DNA from: Candidatus Bathyarchaeia archaeon
Lineage (GTDB): Archaea; Thermoproteota; Bathyarchaeia; Bathyarchaeales; Bathycorpusculaceae
Direction: 5' to 3'
DNA: 64,000 nt
Assembly: GCA_050015395.1 (NCBI GenBank)
Contig: JBEKBM010000005.1
Span: 32,001 to 96,000, forward strand
Position numbers and translations under genes: made by a program. Below are positions 8,782 to 19,160 of the stretch, piece after piece (positions within the stretch are counted from its first letter, which is position 1; the number at the start of each line of letters is the position of its first letter). The notes beneath the pieces are model-generated. The model was not told where the DNA came from and searched no databases. It saw only the letters and a list, made by a program, of their open reading frames with translations.

Positions 8782-10470
8782 ATGGTGAAAATTATGTCTA
8801 CAGGTGGAGGAACAGTCCCAATTATAGTATTAAGAGAAGGCACAGGAAGAACAACAGGCCGTGAAGTACAAAAAAACAACATCATGGCTGCAAAAATAGT
8901 GGCTGAAGCAGTGAAATCTACGCTTGGTCCATGCGGCATGGATAAAATGCTCGTTACCAGCATGGGTGACGTTGCTATAACTAATGACGGTGCAACCATA
9001 ATGAAAGAGCTTGACATTCAACATCCAGCGGCAAAAATGCTTGTGGAAGTTGCAAAAGCTCAAGACAGCGAGGTTGGTGACGGAACAACAACCGCAGTAA
9101 TTTTGGCTGGAGAGTTACTCTCAAAAGCTGAAGGTTTGCTTGACAAAAACGTTCATCCCACAGTTATAATTGAAGGTTTCAAGAAAGCTAGTGAGAAAGC
9201 TCAGGAAATTTTGGATCAAATAGCCATTCCCGTTTCCATTGATGATGACAAAACCCTAAGGGATGTAGCAATCACATCTTTGGCTAGCAAAGGCATTAAC
9301 GTTGCTGAAGAGCACTTCGCAAAAATCATCGTTGAGGCAGTAAAACAGGTATCAGAAAAAATTGACGGCAAATACACAGCGGACATCGACCTAATAAAAG
9401 TCGTTAAGAAATACGGTAAAAGCCTAGACGAAACAGAACTTGTCAAAGGCATGGTTATCGACAAGGAAGTTGCAAGCTCACAAATGCCTAAGATCATTGA
9501 CGGCGCCAAAATCGCATTACTAAACGGCAAGATGGAGATTGAAAAAACAGAGTTCGACGCAAAAATAAACATTGAAAGTCCAAATCAAATGCAACTTTTC
9601 CTCGACGAGGAAGAACGCATGCTCAAAGACATGGTTAACTCAGTTACCAAGGCAGGCGCAAACGTTATCTTCTGCGAAAAAGGCATAGACGACATGGCAT
9701 TACACTTTTTAGGCAAAGCTGGAGTCTTAGCAGTTAAAAGCTTAAGCAGCAGCGACATGGAAAAAATGTCAAGAGCAACAGGCGGCAAAATAGTTGCAAG
9801 CGTAACAGATTTGTCTGCTGACGCTTTAGGCAAAGCTAAACGTGTTGAAGAAGTAAAAATCGGCGATGACAAGCTCATTTACATACGTGATTGCAAGAAC
9901 CCTAAGGCAGTAACCATCGTTATCCGAGGCGCATCCAACCACGTTATCGATGAAGCAGAACGCTCACTACACGACGGCTTAAGCGTTGTAAGAAACGCTA
10001 TTGAAGACGGCAAAATCGTTGCAGGCGGCGGCTCACCCGAAGCAGAACTAGCCAAAAACCTACGAGCCTACGCAGTTAAAGTCGGCGGACGAGAGCAGCT
10101 GGCAGTGGAAGCTTACGCAGAAGCAGTCGAGGCGATACCGCTCACTTTAGCGGAGAACGCAGGCTTAGACCCCATAGACATCATGGTAGCGCTCCGAGCA
10201 CAGCATGAGAAACCAGACAGCAAATACTTCGGCATCGAAGTTTCAACCGGAAAAATCAAAAACATGCTTGACCTGCTAGTCATTGAGCCACTACGCGTGA
10301 AGCAGCAAGTCATAAAATCAGCCACTGAAGCAGCAAACATGATACTTAAAATCGACGACTTAATCAGCGTTAAAGGCGGCGGCAAAATGCCCCCAATGCC
10401 TCCAGGCGGAATGGGCGGCGGCATGGGTGGAATGGGTGGCATGGGCGGTATGGGCGGAATGCCCTACTAA
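8782..10470 (+). CDS. ths: Thermosome subunit (group II chaperonin)
   Basis: [29 protein letters not shown]-repeat tail. Confidence 0.98.
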   Translation: MVKIMSTGGGTVPIIVLREGTGRTTGREVQKNNIMAAKIVAEAVKSTLGPCGMDKMLVTSMGDVAITNDGATIMKELDIQHPAAKMLVEVAKAQDSEVGDGTTTAVILAGELLSKAEGLLDKNVHPTVIIEGFKKASEKAQEILDQIAIPVSIDDDKTLRDVAITSLASKGINVAEEHFAKIIVEAVKQVSEKIDGKYTADIDLIKVVKKYGKSLDETELVKGMVIDKEVASSQMPKIIDGAKIALLNGKMEIEKTEFDAKINIESPNQMQLFLDEEERMLKDMVNSVTKAGANVIFCEKGIDDMALHFLGKAGVLAVKSLSSSDMEKMSRATGGKIVASVTDLSADALGKAKRVEEVKIGDDKLIYIRDCKNPKAVTIVIRGASNHVIDEAERSLHDGLSVVRNAIEDGKIVAGGGSPEAELAKNLRAYAVKVGGREQLAVEAYAEAVEAIPLTLAENAGLDPIDIMVALRAQHEKPDSKYFGIEVSTGKIKNMLDLLVIEPLRVKQQVIKSATEAANMILKIDDLISVKGGGKMPPMPPGGMGGGMGGMGGMGGMGGMPY

Positions 10471-10478
10471 AAACCCAA

Positions 10479-10502
10479 TCTTTCTTCTTTTTTGATTTTT
10501 TT
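10479..10502 (+). terminator. Oligo-T archaeal terminator after thermosome
   Basis: TCTTTCTTCTTTTTTGATTTTTTT immediately after the stop codon. Confidence 0.5.
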
Positions 10503-10595
10503 CAAAAATAATTTTTGCGTTGCTTTTGTTCTTGTTTTTTAGTAAACTTATTATTCAAACGCCTAGACATTATTCGGTATCTTGGAGACCCTGTT

Positions 10596-11333
10596 ATGAA
10601 GTATGTTAAGATTACGGCATTTGACTGTCCTGAAGCTTGGGTTCAAATGTTAAATAATCTGCGAACTGAAGGAGAAGACTTCAAAGTAGGTTATGGGTCG
10701 GAGATTTCGGAAACCAAAAAACTGAATACAACGATTGAAATATTGCATCCCGAAAATAGACCACTGCTTAGCGACAAAGCCCCATGCGACATGAAATACG
10801 TTCAGTGGTATGCGCTGACTTATTTATGGTGTGGTGAAGGCAAGCAAGACGAAACCTATACTTATGGTAGTAGGTTAAGAGAACCAGTAGACCAAGTTGA
10901 AGAGGCTATCAAAAGATACTTGGAGGAACAACAGGACAGGCAAGTGACAATGGTTATTCGGTTGCCTGAGGATATTCGCAAGACTGGTTTCAATAGAAAT
11001 GAAATCCACGAACCCCCTTGTCTAAGCTTGATTGACACGGAGATTCTGGAAGGAAAGGTACACATGACATGCTACTTCCGCTCATGGGATGCTTATGCTG
11101 GTTTGCCTGCGAATATTGCAGGTATTCAGTTGTTTAATGAGGCATTTGTCTCAGAAATTAACAGTCGAGGGAATCTTAACTTAGAGACAGGCAAACTAAT
11201 TTTTCACTCAAAGAACTGCCATATATACAAACGGCAATACAAACTTGTTGAAGATTTGCTTTCGCCTCAAAGCAAAGCTAATACTGTACCGAGAATGGCA
11301 CAAATCATAAGAAAAGATTTCGAGGAAGAATAG
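10596..11333 (+). CDS. thyA: Archaeal-type thymidylate synthase (ThyA family)
   Basis: YTYGSRL, catalytic PPCL, YFRSWD, GLPAN, CHIY; ATG at 10596 preferred over 10515. Confidence 0.8.
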   Translation: MKYVKITAFDCPEAWVQMLNNLRTEGEDFKVGYGSEISETKKLNTTIEILHPENRPLLSDKAPCDMKYVQWYALTYLWCGEGKQDETYTYGSRLREPVDQVEEAIKRYLEEQQDRQVTMVIRLPEDIRKTGFNRNEIHEPPCLSLIDTEILEGKVHMTCYFRSWDAYAGLPANIAGIQLFNEAFVSEINSRGNLNLETGKLIFHSKNCHIYKRQYKLVEDLLSPQSKANTVPRMAQIIRKDFEEE

Positions 11334-11511
11334 AAATCGCCGAACCGTCTGATTCCACAAATAGAAATGCCGAGTTATTTAGTGATGATCTTAGAAAGGA
11401 AATGTGCATAAGAGCTACAATGTTAAGAGAAACAGGTTATGTGAATGCTGCAGAGTACCTTACGACAATATTTTATAGTTTCTCAGCCTTAACTCTACTC
11501 AAGGGAAAAGT

Positions 11512-12021
11512 ATGAGCCACACAGCCACATGGAAAGTCCTAGAGGACCTGATGATTGAGCTTCGAAAAAAAGGCGTTACCATGCCACCCGACGTTATTAA
11601 CGATTTAAGAAGCGCTAAACTTATGATTAAAATTTCGGAAGCGGAAGGCAGCAGAGGAGGCGCATTACAGAAAGTTGAAGAGTACCTCGGAAACGTTGAA
11701 TCATGCCTAATCACTGAAGGACAAAAAGCTTTGAGCCCTGAAACCGTTGATCAGTGGCTGAGGCGCTTGGAAGAAGCCAGTGTAGAAATATGCGAAGTGC
11801 AAGTAGAAGAAAACAAATTCATCACTGGCGTTCCTAGAGATCAAAAATGGGTCAGGGTTGAACCCGTCGGCAATTTGCCAACAGAGCGAATACAGCAGTT
11901 CGCCAAAGAAAGCAACCTCTCGGTCAACCCGCAAAAGGATGGGCGACTAGTAGTCTATGGTCAACCAGAATGCATCAAAGAATTCCTCAAAAAAATGACT
12001 GCAGAAGCAATTAAAAAATAA
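11512..12021 (+). CDS. DUF2096-like archaeal protein
   Basis: N-terminal WKVLEDLMIELRKKG...DLRSAKLMI pattern. Confidence 0.6.
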   Translation: MSHTATWKVLEDLMIELRKKGVTMPPDVINDLRSAKLMIKISEAEGSRGGALQKVEEYLGNVESCLITEGQKALSPETVDQWLRRLEEASVEICEVQVEENKFITGVPRDQKWVRVEPVGNLPTERIQQFAKESNLSVNPQKDGRLVVYGQPECIKEFLKKMTAEAIKK

Positions 12022-12114
12022 ATGTCAAATAACCCAACCCTCCCTAAAAACGCGAAACCATGATTAGAAAATGATTTATACTAAAGATTTTTATGAAATT
12101 ATTAACACATATAA

Positions 12115-12372
12115 ATGGTGAAAGTTATGAAATTTGCTGAGATTGCTGTTTTGCTAAGGGAAATTGTCGATAGTTGCCCAAGTTTAGATGGAGCCACCAT
12201 CACGTTGATACCGCAGAGGGCTATGTATCCATTATTCCAGGGATACCACATTAATATTAAGGCGAATCTTTCTAAGGAAAGCATGAGTGGCTTGAGGAAA
12301 ATAGTGGAAGGGCATGATTTAGTGATGCAGATAAAGTCTGATTCAGTAATAGTGTATGAAACTAGATCATGA
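12115..12372 (+). CDS. Hypothetical protein
   Basis: 85-aa ORF with TTTATA box upstream; no recognised motif. Confidence 0.55.
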   Translation: MVKVMKFAEIAVLLREIVDSCPSLDGATITLIPQRAMYPLFQGYHINIKANLSKESMSGLRKIVEGHDLVMQIKSDSVIVYETRS

Positions 12373-12496
12373 TAAGGAGTTCACTATTTGAGGGCTAAAG
12401 AATTTTGCGAGCGCTAAAGTCAGCAATTTTTGTTTAATGATTACTTTTAGTGGTTTTTTTTCGATATGTTTTTTACGATAAGCCGCTAGTGCAGTA

Positions 12497-13756
12497 TTGG
12501 GAACCATTTTGGTAAAACTCAAAGGATTCCAAAAATTAACGTTAACTGACCAAGCACTACAAAGGTGGCTTAGTGCACTGCAAATTGGAGCGCCCAAAGT
12601 TGCTTCTGTGTCTTTGCAGGATGCGTTAGGTCGTGTTTTAGCTCAAGATGTAATCGCCCAACAGGATTTGCCACGGTTTGACAAGTCAGCCGTTGATGGG
12701 TACGCATTAAAATCCGCTGATTCCGTTGGTGCTTCACAGTTTAAACCAGCAACTTTCCAATTAACCGAAAACCAAGAAGTAAACGATAAGCAAGCCAAAC
12801 AGGTTTGGACTGGAAACCCCATTCCGAAAGGCGCAGACGCAGTAGTTATGCTTGAAAACACCAAAAAACGCGAGGGAAAACTGGAGGTTTGGAGTCAACT
12901 TGCGCCAGGCGACAACGTTTCAAAGAAAGGCGAGGACACCAAAAAAGGCGACCTCGTGGCTAAGGCTGGCACTCGCTTGAACCCCTACCATATAGGATTA
13001 GCCGCTGCATTAGGCTACAGCCAGCTAAAAGTTGCCGAGAAACCGAAAATTGGCGTTTTAGCTACTGGAAATGAGCTTGCGGAAGTGGGCGCTCCGCTTT
13101 CTGGCAACCTAATTTATGATTCAAACAAAATTATGCTTTCAGCCGTGTGCAGAGAACTTGGTGCGGAAACAACTGATTATGGCATAGCCAAAGATAATGT
13201 GGATGAAATTGCTGATAAAATCCAAAAAGCTCTCAAGACTCAGGATGCAGTAATCACCACTGGCGGGACAAGCGTTGGAGGATTAGACTTGGTTCCGGAC
13301 GCAGTTAACAAGCTTGGAGAACCAGGCGTAATTGTTCATGGTGTTGCACTTAGACCAGCGATGCCGACGGCTGTTGCCGTGTTGGAGGGCAAGCCAGTTT
13401 TGATTTTGTCAGGTAACCCAGTGGCTGCAATCATTGGTTTTGAAGTTTTCGGAAGACCGATGGTTTGCAGGCTGCTTGGAATGAGCAAAACAGAGCCAAG
13501 ACCAATGTTGAAGGCTACTTTAGCCAGAAGGGTTGCTAGTGCGCTGGGAAGGAAAACTTACGTCAGAGTCCGCGTGACCTTGAAGGGTGGTGAGTTTTAT
13601 GCTGAGCCAGTTAGCGCGAAAGGTTCAGGGTCAATATCCACCATGACGCAGAGCAACGGTTTCGTGGTTGTTCCTGAGAATCGTGAGGGCGTAAGCGAAG
13701 GCGAAACGGTTATAGTTCACTTGTTTGGCGGTTTGGAGGCTGATGCGGATGTTTAG
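12497..13756 (+). CDS. moeA: Molybdopterin molybdotransferase MoeA (paralogue 1)
   Basis: GRVLA, SAVDGYA, TGNPIPKGADAVVMLE, TGGTSVG, LSGNP. Confidence 0.95.
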   Translation: MGTILVKLKGFQKLTLTDQALQRWLSALQIGAPKVASVSLQDALGRVLAQDVIAQQDLPRFDKSAVDGYALKSADSVGASQFKPATFQLTENQEVNDKQAKQVWTGNPIPKGADAVVMLENTKKREGKLEVWSQLAPGDNVSKKGEDTKKGDLVAKAGTRLNPYHIGLAAALGYSQLKVAEKPKIGVLATGNELAEVGAPLSGNLIYDSNKIMLSAVCRELGAETTDYGIAKDNVDEIADKIQKALKTQDAVITTGGTSVGGLDLVPDAVNKLGEPGVIVHGVALRPAMPTAVAVLEGKPVLILSGNPVAAIIGFEVFGRPMVCRLLGMSKTEPRPMLKATLARRVASALGRKTYVRVRVTLKGGEFYAEPVSAKGSGSISTMTQSNGFVVVPENREGVSEGETVIVHLFGGLEADADV

Positions 13757-14999
13757 GAAGCTTATGACGTTTGATGAGGCACAAAAAGCGATTGAAGACC
13801 AGTTTAAACCTGCAGTTTTAGGTGAAGAAGAGGCTGTGCTGCTTGAAGCTTACAATCGTGTTCTAAGTGAAGACGTAGTTTCAACGCTTGATATTCCACC
13901 TTTTAACCGTTCAACCGTTGACGGGTACGCTGTGAAAGCTGAGGACACTTTTGGAGCAGAGGAAAATCAACCTGTAGCCTTGAAGGTTTGTGGTATCGTG
14001 AATGTTGGTGAGCAGCCGAAAGTGGTTTTGGCGAAGGGTGAAGCTGTTGAGATTGTTACTGGCGCCCCAATTCCTGAAGGCGCAGACGCAGCTGTTATGG
14101 TCGAGGACACGGAAAGAGAAGATAGCGAATTGCATGTTTTCAGCGGTGTTACCGTGAATGAGAATGTTATGAAGAGGGGCTCAGACATAAAGAGTGGCGA
14201 AGTGGTGCTCAAAAAAGGGCGGGTTTTGGGGTCTTCGGAGATTGGTGTTTTAGCTGCTTTGGGTTTGACTAAAGTTAAAGTTTCAAAAATACCCATAGTT
14301 GCAGTTTTATCTACAGGCGGTGAAGTAATTGAGCCCGGTAAGGTTTTGCCTGCGGGAAAAATCTATGACATTAACGCTTACAGCCTAAGCACGGCAGTAA
14401 TTGAAAGTGGTGCAAAACCAGTTTACTTTGGCGTTGTTCCAGATGACAAAGCGGCTTTGTCTAAGGCTTTGCAGACTGCTTTGGCTTCGGCGGATATGGT
14501 GATTACTTCTGGCGGTGTCTCTGTTGGTCCAAGGGATTATACTCCGCAAATCGTGGATTCGCTTGGTAAGCCTGGAATAGTTGTTTACGGTATCGCGGTT
14601 AAGCCGGGGAAACCTACGACTGTCGGGTTTGTGGGGGATAAGCCTGTTTTTTCGTTGCCTGGTCATCCCACGTCTGCTTTGCTGATTTTTTATTTGCTTG
14701 CTAGGCCTTTGATTCAGCGGTTAGCCGGCAGACCTGCAGCTGGAATGAGGATGGTTAGGGCTGTTGCTGGCGCACGGATGTTTAGTGCTAAAGGTAGGCG
14801 AACCTTTGTCATGGTTAAGTTAGAATTTGATAAGGATTGCCGGTTGATTGCTGAACCTGTGGAAACTGGCGCTTCTGGCGCGATTACTACTTTGGCTAAG
14901 GCTGACGGGTTTGTTGAGATCCCTGAGAATGAGCAGTTCCTTGATGTGGATGAAGAGGTTGCTGTTGTGCTTTTCCGTAATGTTTCAGGTAAGGTTTAG
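13749..14999 (+). CDS. moeA: Molybdopterin molybdotransferase MoeA (paralogue 2)
   Basis: PPFNRSTVDGYAV, TGAPIPEGADA, SGGVSVG, KPGKPT, LPGHP; start at MFRKL overlaps stop of paralogue 1. Confidence 0.95.
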   Translation: MFRKLMTFDEAQKAIEDQFKPAVLGEEEAVLLEAYNRVLSEDVVSTLDIPPFNRSTVDGYAVKAEDTFGAEENQPVALKVCGIVNVGEQPKVVLAKGEAVEIVTGAPIPEGADAAVMVEDTEREDSELHVFSGVTVNENVMKRGSDIKSGEVVLKKGRVLGSSEIGVLAALGLTKVKVSKIPIVAVLSTGGEVIEPGKVLPAGKIYDINAYSLSTAVIESGAKPVYFGVVPDDKAALSKALQTALASADMVITSGGVSVGPRDYTPQIVDSLGKPGIVVYGIAVKPGKPTTVGFVGDKPVFSLPGHPTSALLIFYLLARPLIQRLAGRPAAGMRMVRAVAGARMFSAKGRRTFVMVKLEFDKDCRLIAEPVETGASGAITTLAKADGFVEIPENEQFLDVDEEVAVVLFRNVSGKV

Positions 15000-15280
15000 A
15001 GTTTAAGCCTAAAACATTGGTGAGAAGATTTTTTTGTGGACGCTTCAGTGCTAGTTTTAAGCTTATTTTGCTGAACAGGGGTTTTTTCAAGCTTATGTTA
15101 TATGTCACGCGTGTTCATTGTTACTCGTCACTCGCTTTCATGGATACCTGTCACTTAAAACATTAAAGCCAGCCTTCGGCGGCTCCTAAGGATAAATGTT
15201 TTTGCAAGTCGAAAAAAATTAACGCTTTTGCAAAATTAAGAAAAAAATTAAAGTTGCTTCCAAAATGTGTGGGTTAGAAT

Positions 15281-15637
15281 TTATTTTCTCTTTATCAACA
15301 GGATGTATCCTGCAAATATCCATGTGAGCACTGCGTAAACAGTCATGCTTATGCCTATTAGTGCATTGCTGAATCCTGCGACGACTAAGGTGTAGATTGA
15401 AAAGGTTGATGCTCCAGCGAATAAGATGAATAATACCCAAGGTGCCCAAGCTCTTTTTGTAAAGACTCCATAATCAGTTATTAAGCTGAGGACGCCGAGT
15501 AAAGCAAGCTGCGGCGGAAAACCAGTAAAGGGCAGATAAGCCAAAAGGATTATTCCAGTTATGGCATAGAAGGCTAATGCTGCTAATTCTATGCGGTTGA
15601 AACTTTTTAGTTTAGATGCTAATGATGCTAAAGACAC
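15281..15637 (-). CDS. Small four-TM membrane protein
   Basis: Four hydrophobic segments, basic C-terminus. Confidence 0.7.
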   Translation of the reverse strand: MSLASLASKLKSFNRIELAALAFYAITGIILLAYLPFTGFPPQLALLGVLSLITDYGVFTKRAWAPWVLFILFAGASTFSIYTLVVAGFSNALIGISMTVYAVLTWIFAGYILLIKRK

Positions 15638-15759
15638 TTTATGCTCGCCTTTACCCTATGCAGTAGAGGTTTAATTAATAAATTTAATGCATCTTAGTTG
15701 AGCGAAAAAGTTTAGAGTAAGCTTAAGTGAATACCAAGAGCAGAGGACTGGAATTACCT

Positions 15760-16659
15760 ATGAGTTATCTTGAACTTTTCACTTCGCAAACTAACGTTTT
15801 CAGCGGTTTGCAGAAGCCGTTTGAGGAAGCAAAATATGTGATTTTCGGTGTGCCCTTTGATTCAACGAGCACTTATCGGAGTGGTGCAAGGTTTGGTCCA
15901 AACGCGATTAGGCAGGCATCTTTGAATATTGAAACGTACAGTTTCCGCAGCAAAATTGACCTTGAGGATTTAGCTTTGCATGATGCCGGAGACCTGCATG
16001 TTTCACCTGACGCCCAGAAAACGGTCGATATGACTAGGCTTGTGGTTGAGGATATTTTGGCGGCTGGAAAAATGCCTGTAGTTTTAGGCGGGGAACACAC
16101 GGTTACGCTTGGTGTTGCGAAGGGTTTAGGCGCTAGGGTAGCGAAAACAGCGATTGTGAGTTTTGATGCTCATCTGGATTTGCGATGCGAATTTTTAGGT
16201 TCAACGCTGTCCCACACGACGTTTATGCAGCTAATCAGCGAGGAAGTGAAGCCCTCGAAAATCTTTGAGGTTGGCACACGCTCAGCATGCAAGGAAGAGC
16301 TGGCCTATGCCAAGAAGGTTGGGGTAGAGTTTTTTACTTCCCAGCAAATCATCAAGCAAGGCTCAGAACAGATTGCTCAACAGTTGAAACAGAAGCTTGC
16401 GCCTTACGAGAACGTGTACTTAACGGTGGATATGGATGTGCTTGACCCGGCGTTTGCTCCTGCAGTGCAGAATCCTGAGCCTGAAGGAATCACCACAACC
16501 GCCCTGCTAGACATTGCTTGTGCCTTGTGCGATAAACGCGTGATTGGCTTTGACGTGCTGGAAATTGCGCCAATTTACGACCAAGGCGTATCAGCAGTCG
16601 TTGCAGCAAAAGTAATCTTCGAGATGCTGTGCCAACTGGAAAAATCAAGAAAAAAATAG
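15760..16659 (+). CDS. speB: Agmatinase (ureohydrolase family)
   Basis: GARFGP, LGGEH, FDAHLD, DMDVLDPAFAP; ATG 15760 preferred. Confidence 0.93.
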   Translation: MSYLELFTSQTNVFSGLQKPFEEAKYVIFGVPFDSTSTYRSGARFGPNAIRQASLNIETYSFRSKIDLEDLALHDAGDLHVSPDAQKTVDMTRLVVEDILAAGKMPVVLGGEHTVTLGVAKGLGARVAKTAIVSFDAHLDLRCEFLGSTLSHTTFMQLISEEVKPSKIFEVGTRSACKEELAYAKKVGVEFFTSQQIIKQGSEQIAQQLKQKLAPYENVYLTVDMDVLDPAFAPAVQNPEPEGITTTALLDIACALCDKRVIGFDVLEIAPIYDQGVSAVVAAKVIFEMLCQLEKSRKK

Positions 16660-16760
16660 TCCTCGACTCTAACAATCAAGACAGTTTATTTATAGCACAG
16701 GTTCAATTCCCATCCCCAGCTTTTTGATTTTATCATACAGTTTGTCAGCAAACAAGCCGA

Positions 16761-17012
16761 CTATTCGTTGCCTATTAGCTGGCGAATTTCTATGATTTTC
16801 CTGGGGTTAAGAGATACTTCCATCCCGTAGCTTGTTACCTTTGGGATAACATAGCCCTGTCGGGTTAGCTTTTTCAGCGAATTCTTGATTTCGCCTCGCT
16901 GATGTTTCGGAAAGCCTTTAGGAATATTATCAGCAGACGTATGCTTTTCACCTATAAAATTGTGCATGTACATCTTTCGGAGCACGGCTATCTCCAGAGC
17001 GGTTAGTTTCAT
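16761..17012 (-). CDS. Small basic wHTH-like hypothetical protein
   Basis: IGEKHT...IPKGFP...LKKLTRQGYV...VSLNP, winged-helix-like pattern. Confidence 0.65.
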   Translation of the reverse strand: MKLTALEIAVLRKMYMHNFIGEKHTSADNIPKGFPKHQRGEIKNSLKKLTRQGYVIPKVTSYGMEVSLNPRKIIEIRQLIGNE

Positions 17013-17080
17013 TTCTCTTCACTAACACGTTTTGGCTTTTAGTTACTGTGCGATTTATATTTAAGGCTGACCCTATTATC

Positions 17081-17111
17081 GACAAAGAAGTCCATTAAGT
17101 TGGACAAAGAA
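17081..17111. promoter_or_regulatory. Putative operator between divergent wHTH genes
   Basis: GACAAAGAA direct repeat (17081, 17103) overlapping palindrome GTCCA-TTAAGT-TGGAC. Confidence 0.35.
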
Positions 17112-17159
17112 AATTCTTAAATAAAAGACCAACTAATATATTAATTTGGAGAAATTAAC

Positions 17160-17555
17160 TTGCCAAAGAAGCTTGCACAAGAAGACCCCGGGCCTCTCGA
17201 ACGCTTATTCGGTTCATCAATGGCGCGATTAATAGATTTCTTCATTCTATACGACCGGTGGGACTACTCAAAAACCGATATTGCCGAAAATGCACAAGTA
17301 AGCATACGAACAGTAACACGCGCAATTCCCTATATAGAGGAGCATAGAATGATAAAGCGCACTCGGACGATAGGCAACGCAGAAATGTACCAAACCGACA
17401 AAGAAAGCCCTATAGTACAATATCTGAGCAAAGCTGCTATGGCAATTGCAGACATAGATGTAGATCAAGAATTGAAACGCCAAGGCTGTGTAAAAGATGA
17501 GCAACCAAAACAGCAGCAGGAAATCAAGCAAGTTCGTCAAGTAGCCTCAGCATAG
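17160..17555 (+). CDS. Winged helix-turn-helix transcriptional regulator
   Basis: YSKTDIAENAQVSIRTV helix-turn-helix, wing TRTIGNAEMY. Confidence 0.8.
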   Translation: MPKKLAQEDPGPLERLFGSSMARLIDFFILYDRWDYSKTDIAENAQVSIRTVTRAIPYIEEHRMIKRTRTIGNAEMYQTDKESPIVQYLSKAAMAIADIDVDQELKRQGCVKDEQPKQQQEIKQVRQVASA

Positions 17556-17576
17556 GGCCAAAAAGGCTAACAATAG

Positions 17577-18269
17577 TTGGGATTCTTACTCCAATGGAGC
17601 GCGTTTTTGATGAGATTGAACGAGCAGCAAAAGTTAAACTTAAATAAAATCGTTAGTTCTGTGTCGAAAATTCAGAGTGTTGTAGGCATTGTTCTCTTCG
17701 GTAGTCAAGCAAGAGGAGATTATGATGAGTTTTCCGATTATGACCTCTTAGTACTGTTTGAAAATAAACGTCTGATGTGGGAAAATTGGGATGAACTTTT
17801 CCAAGTCGTTGGAAATCTAAACATAAATTTGCATGCGATTCCAGAAACACTTGAAGAGCTTAAGAACGCTAACCCAGTCTTTTTAGATGAACTATTTAAA
17901 TATGGAAAAGTGCTTTTTGCCAAAATGCCCTTAGAAGTTTACCTCCAGCCCTTAAACTTGAAATCTTTCTCCTTAATCACGTATGACATGCGAAACGTGA
18001 ATTACGCAGACAAAATGAAGGCTTCATATTTCCTTTATTCCAAGGGAGGTGCAGGCGCCGTAGCGAAGGCTGGGGGAACCAAAATCAGCGACGGCTGTAT
18101 AATTGTTCCAAGCGATATGGCTGACGAAATAATCCTGGACTTAACTTCTCTCGGTATTCAAACTATAAAGACAGAAATTTTCATAAATCCAGACATGCCT
18201 AAGTCATGGCCAACCCCAAACAGAATTCAGGCTTCCAAGGTTCAAACTGAGAATCCTCAACATGGCTAA
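17577..18269 (+). CDS. Minimal nucleotidyltransferase (MNT) with C-terminal Cas2/PaaX-like domain
   Basis: LFGSQARG...SDYDLLV pol-beta motif; C-terminal LITYD...LY...KISDGCIIVP; true start may be 17609. Confidence 0.8.
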   Translation: MGFLLQWSAFLMRLNEQQKLNLNKIVSSVSKIQSVVGIVLFGSQARGDYDEFSDYDLLVLFENKRLMWENWDELFQVVGNLNINLHAIPETLEELKNANPVFLDELFKYGKVLFAKMPLEVYLQPLNLKSFSLITYDMRNVNYADKMKASYFLYSKGGAGAVAKAGGTKISDGCIIVPSDMADEIILDLTSLGIQTIKTEIFINPDMPKSWPTPNRIQASKVQTENPQHG

Positions 18270-18456
18270 ATCGCTCGCTTTTGTCTAACCATTAAAATAA
18301 CGTAAAATTTAAGCTTTATACCAAAAAATAAGCTCGAATCAGTCTTTTCAGAAAAGCGGGGAGGTACTTTTTAGCGAGATCCAAACCCGTAAAGACGCAT
18401 TATCGGGGCTGATAGGACGTTTTGAATTCATATATTATATCGCCGCATAGTAACTA

Positions 18457-19050
18457 ATGCTGAAGGCTAGTGTTTTGGCTAAAGAATCAGAATTAACTAT
18501 CCTTACAATCGGGCACTCCACTAGGACGCTCGACGAGTTCGTTTTGTTGCTCAAAGCTTACGGTGCCATTTTGGTTGTGGATGTGCGCGCGGTTCCCAGA
18601 AGCAGGCATAACCCACAGTTCAACAAGGAAACCCTGCCAAACAGCCTCAAACCCTGCGGCATAAAATACATTCACATGCCCGACATCGGCGGCTTACGCA
18701 GACCCAAACATGACTCCATAAACCTGGCATGGCGAAACAGCACGTTTAGAGGCTACGCGGATTACATGCAAACCAAAGAATTCACGGACAACCTGCTAAA
18801 AATCATCGCGCTCGCGCGGGAAAACTGTTTAGAATTGATGTGCGCTGAAGCGCTGCCTTGGCGGTGCCACCGAAGCCTCATCTCCGATGCACTCGTGATA
18901 CGGCACGTTGAGGAACATATCGTATGCGCAACCAGCTGCATCAACCATGAGCTTAACGAGATGGCGCATGTGGAAGGAACACAAATCACATACCCATTAT
19001 TCACCAAAGAAACACCGCAAAGAAAAATAGGCGACTATTCGTCAACTTGA
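18457..19050 (+). CDS. DUF488 family protein
   Basis: TIGHSTR, VDVR..PRSR..NPQF, GGLR, LMCAE..PWRCHR. Confidence 0.9.
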   Translation: MLKASVLAKESELTILTIGHSTRTLDEFVLLLKAYGAILVVDVRAVPRSRHNPQFNKETLPNSLKPCGIKYIHMPDIGGLRRPKHDSINLAWRNSTFRGYADYMQTKEFTDNLLKIIALARENCLELMCAEALPWRCHRSLISDALVIRHVEEHIVCATSCINHELNEMAHVEGTQITYPLFTKETPQRKIGDYSST

Positions 19051-19160
19051 ATGTCTCAGTTGCACAGATAATGGTTGCGGGTAAGTCTCCGCTTCATTAA
19101 CAAAGCTAAAAAGCACTTGCTAGATTACCTTATACAACAAAAAGGAAAAGGAATGGTAAG

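Noticed and set aside
10372-10467. GGCATGGGC-type tandem repeats
   Set aside because: Encode the ordinary GGM tail of the chaperonin.
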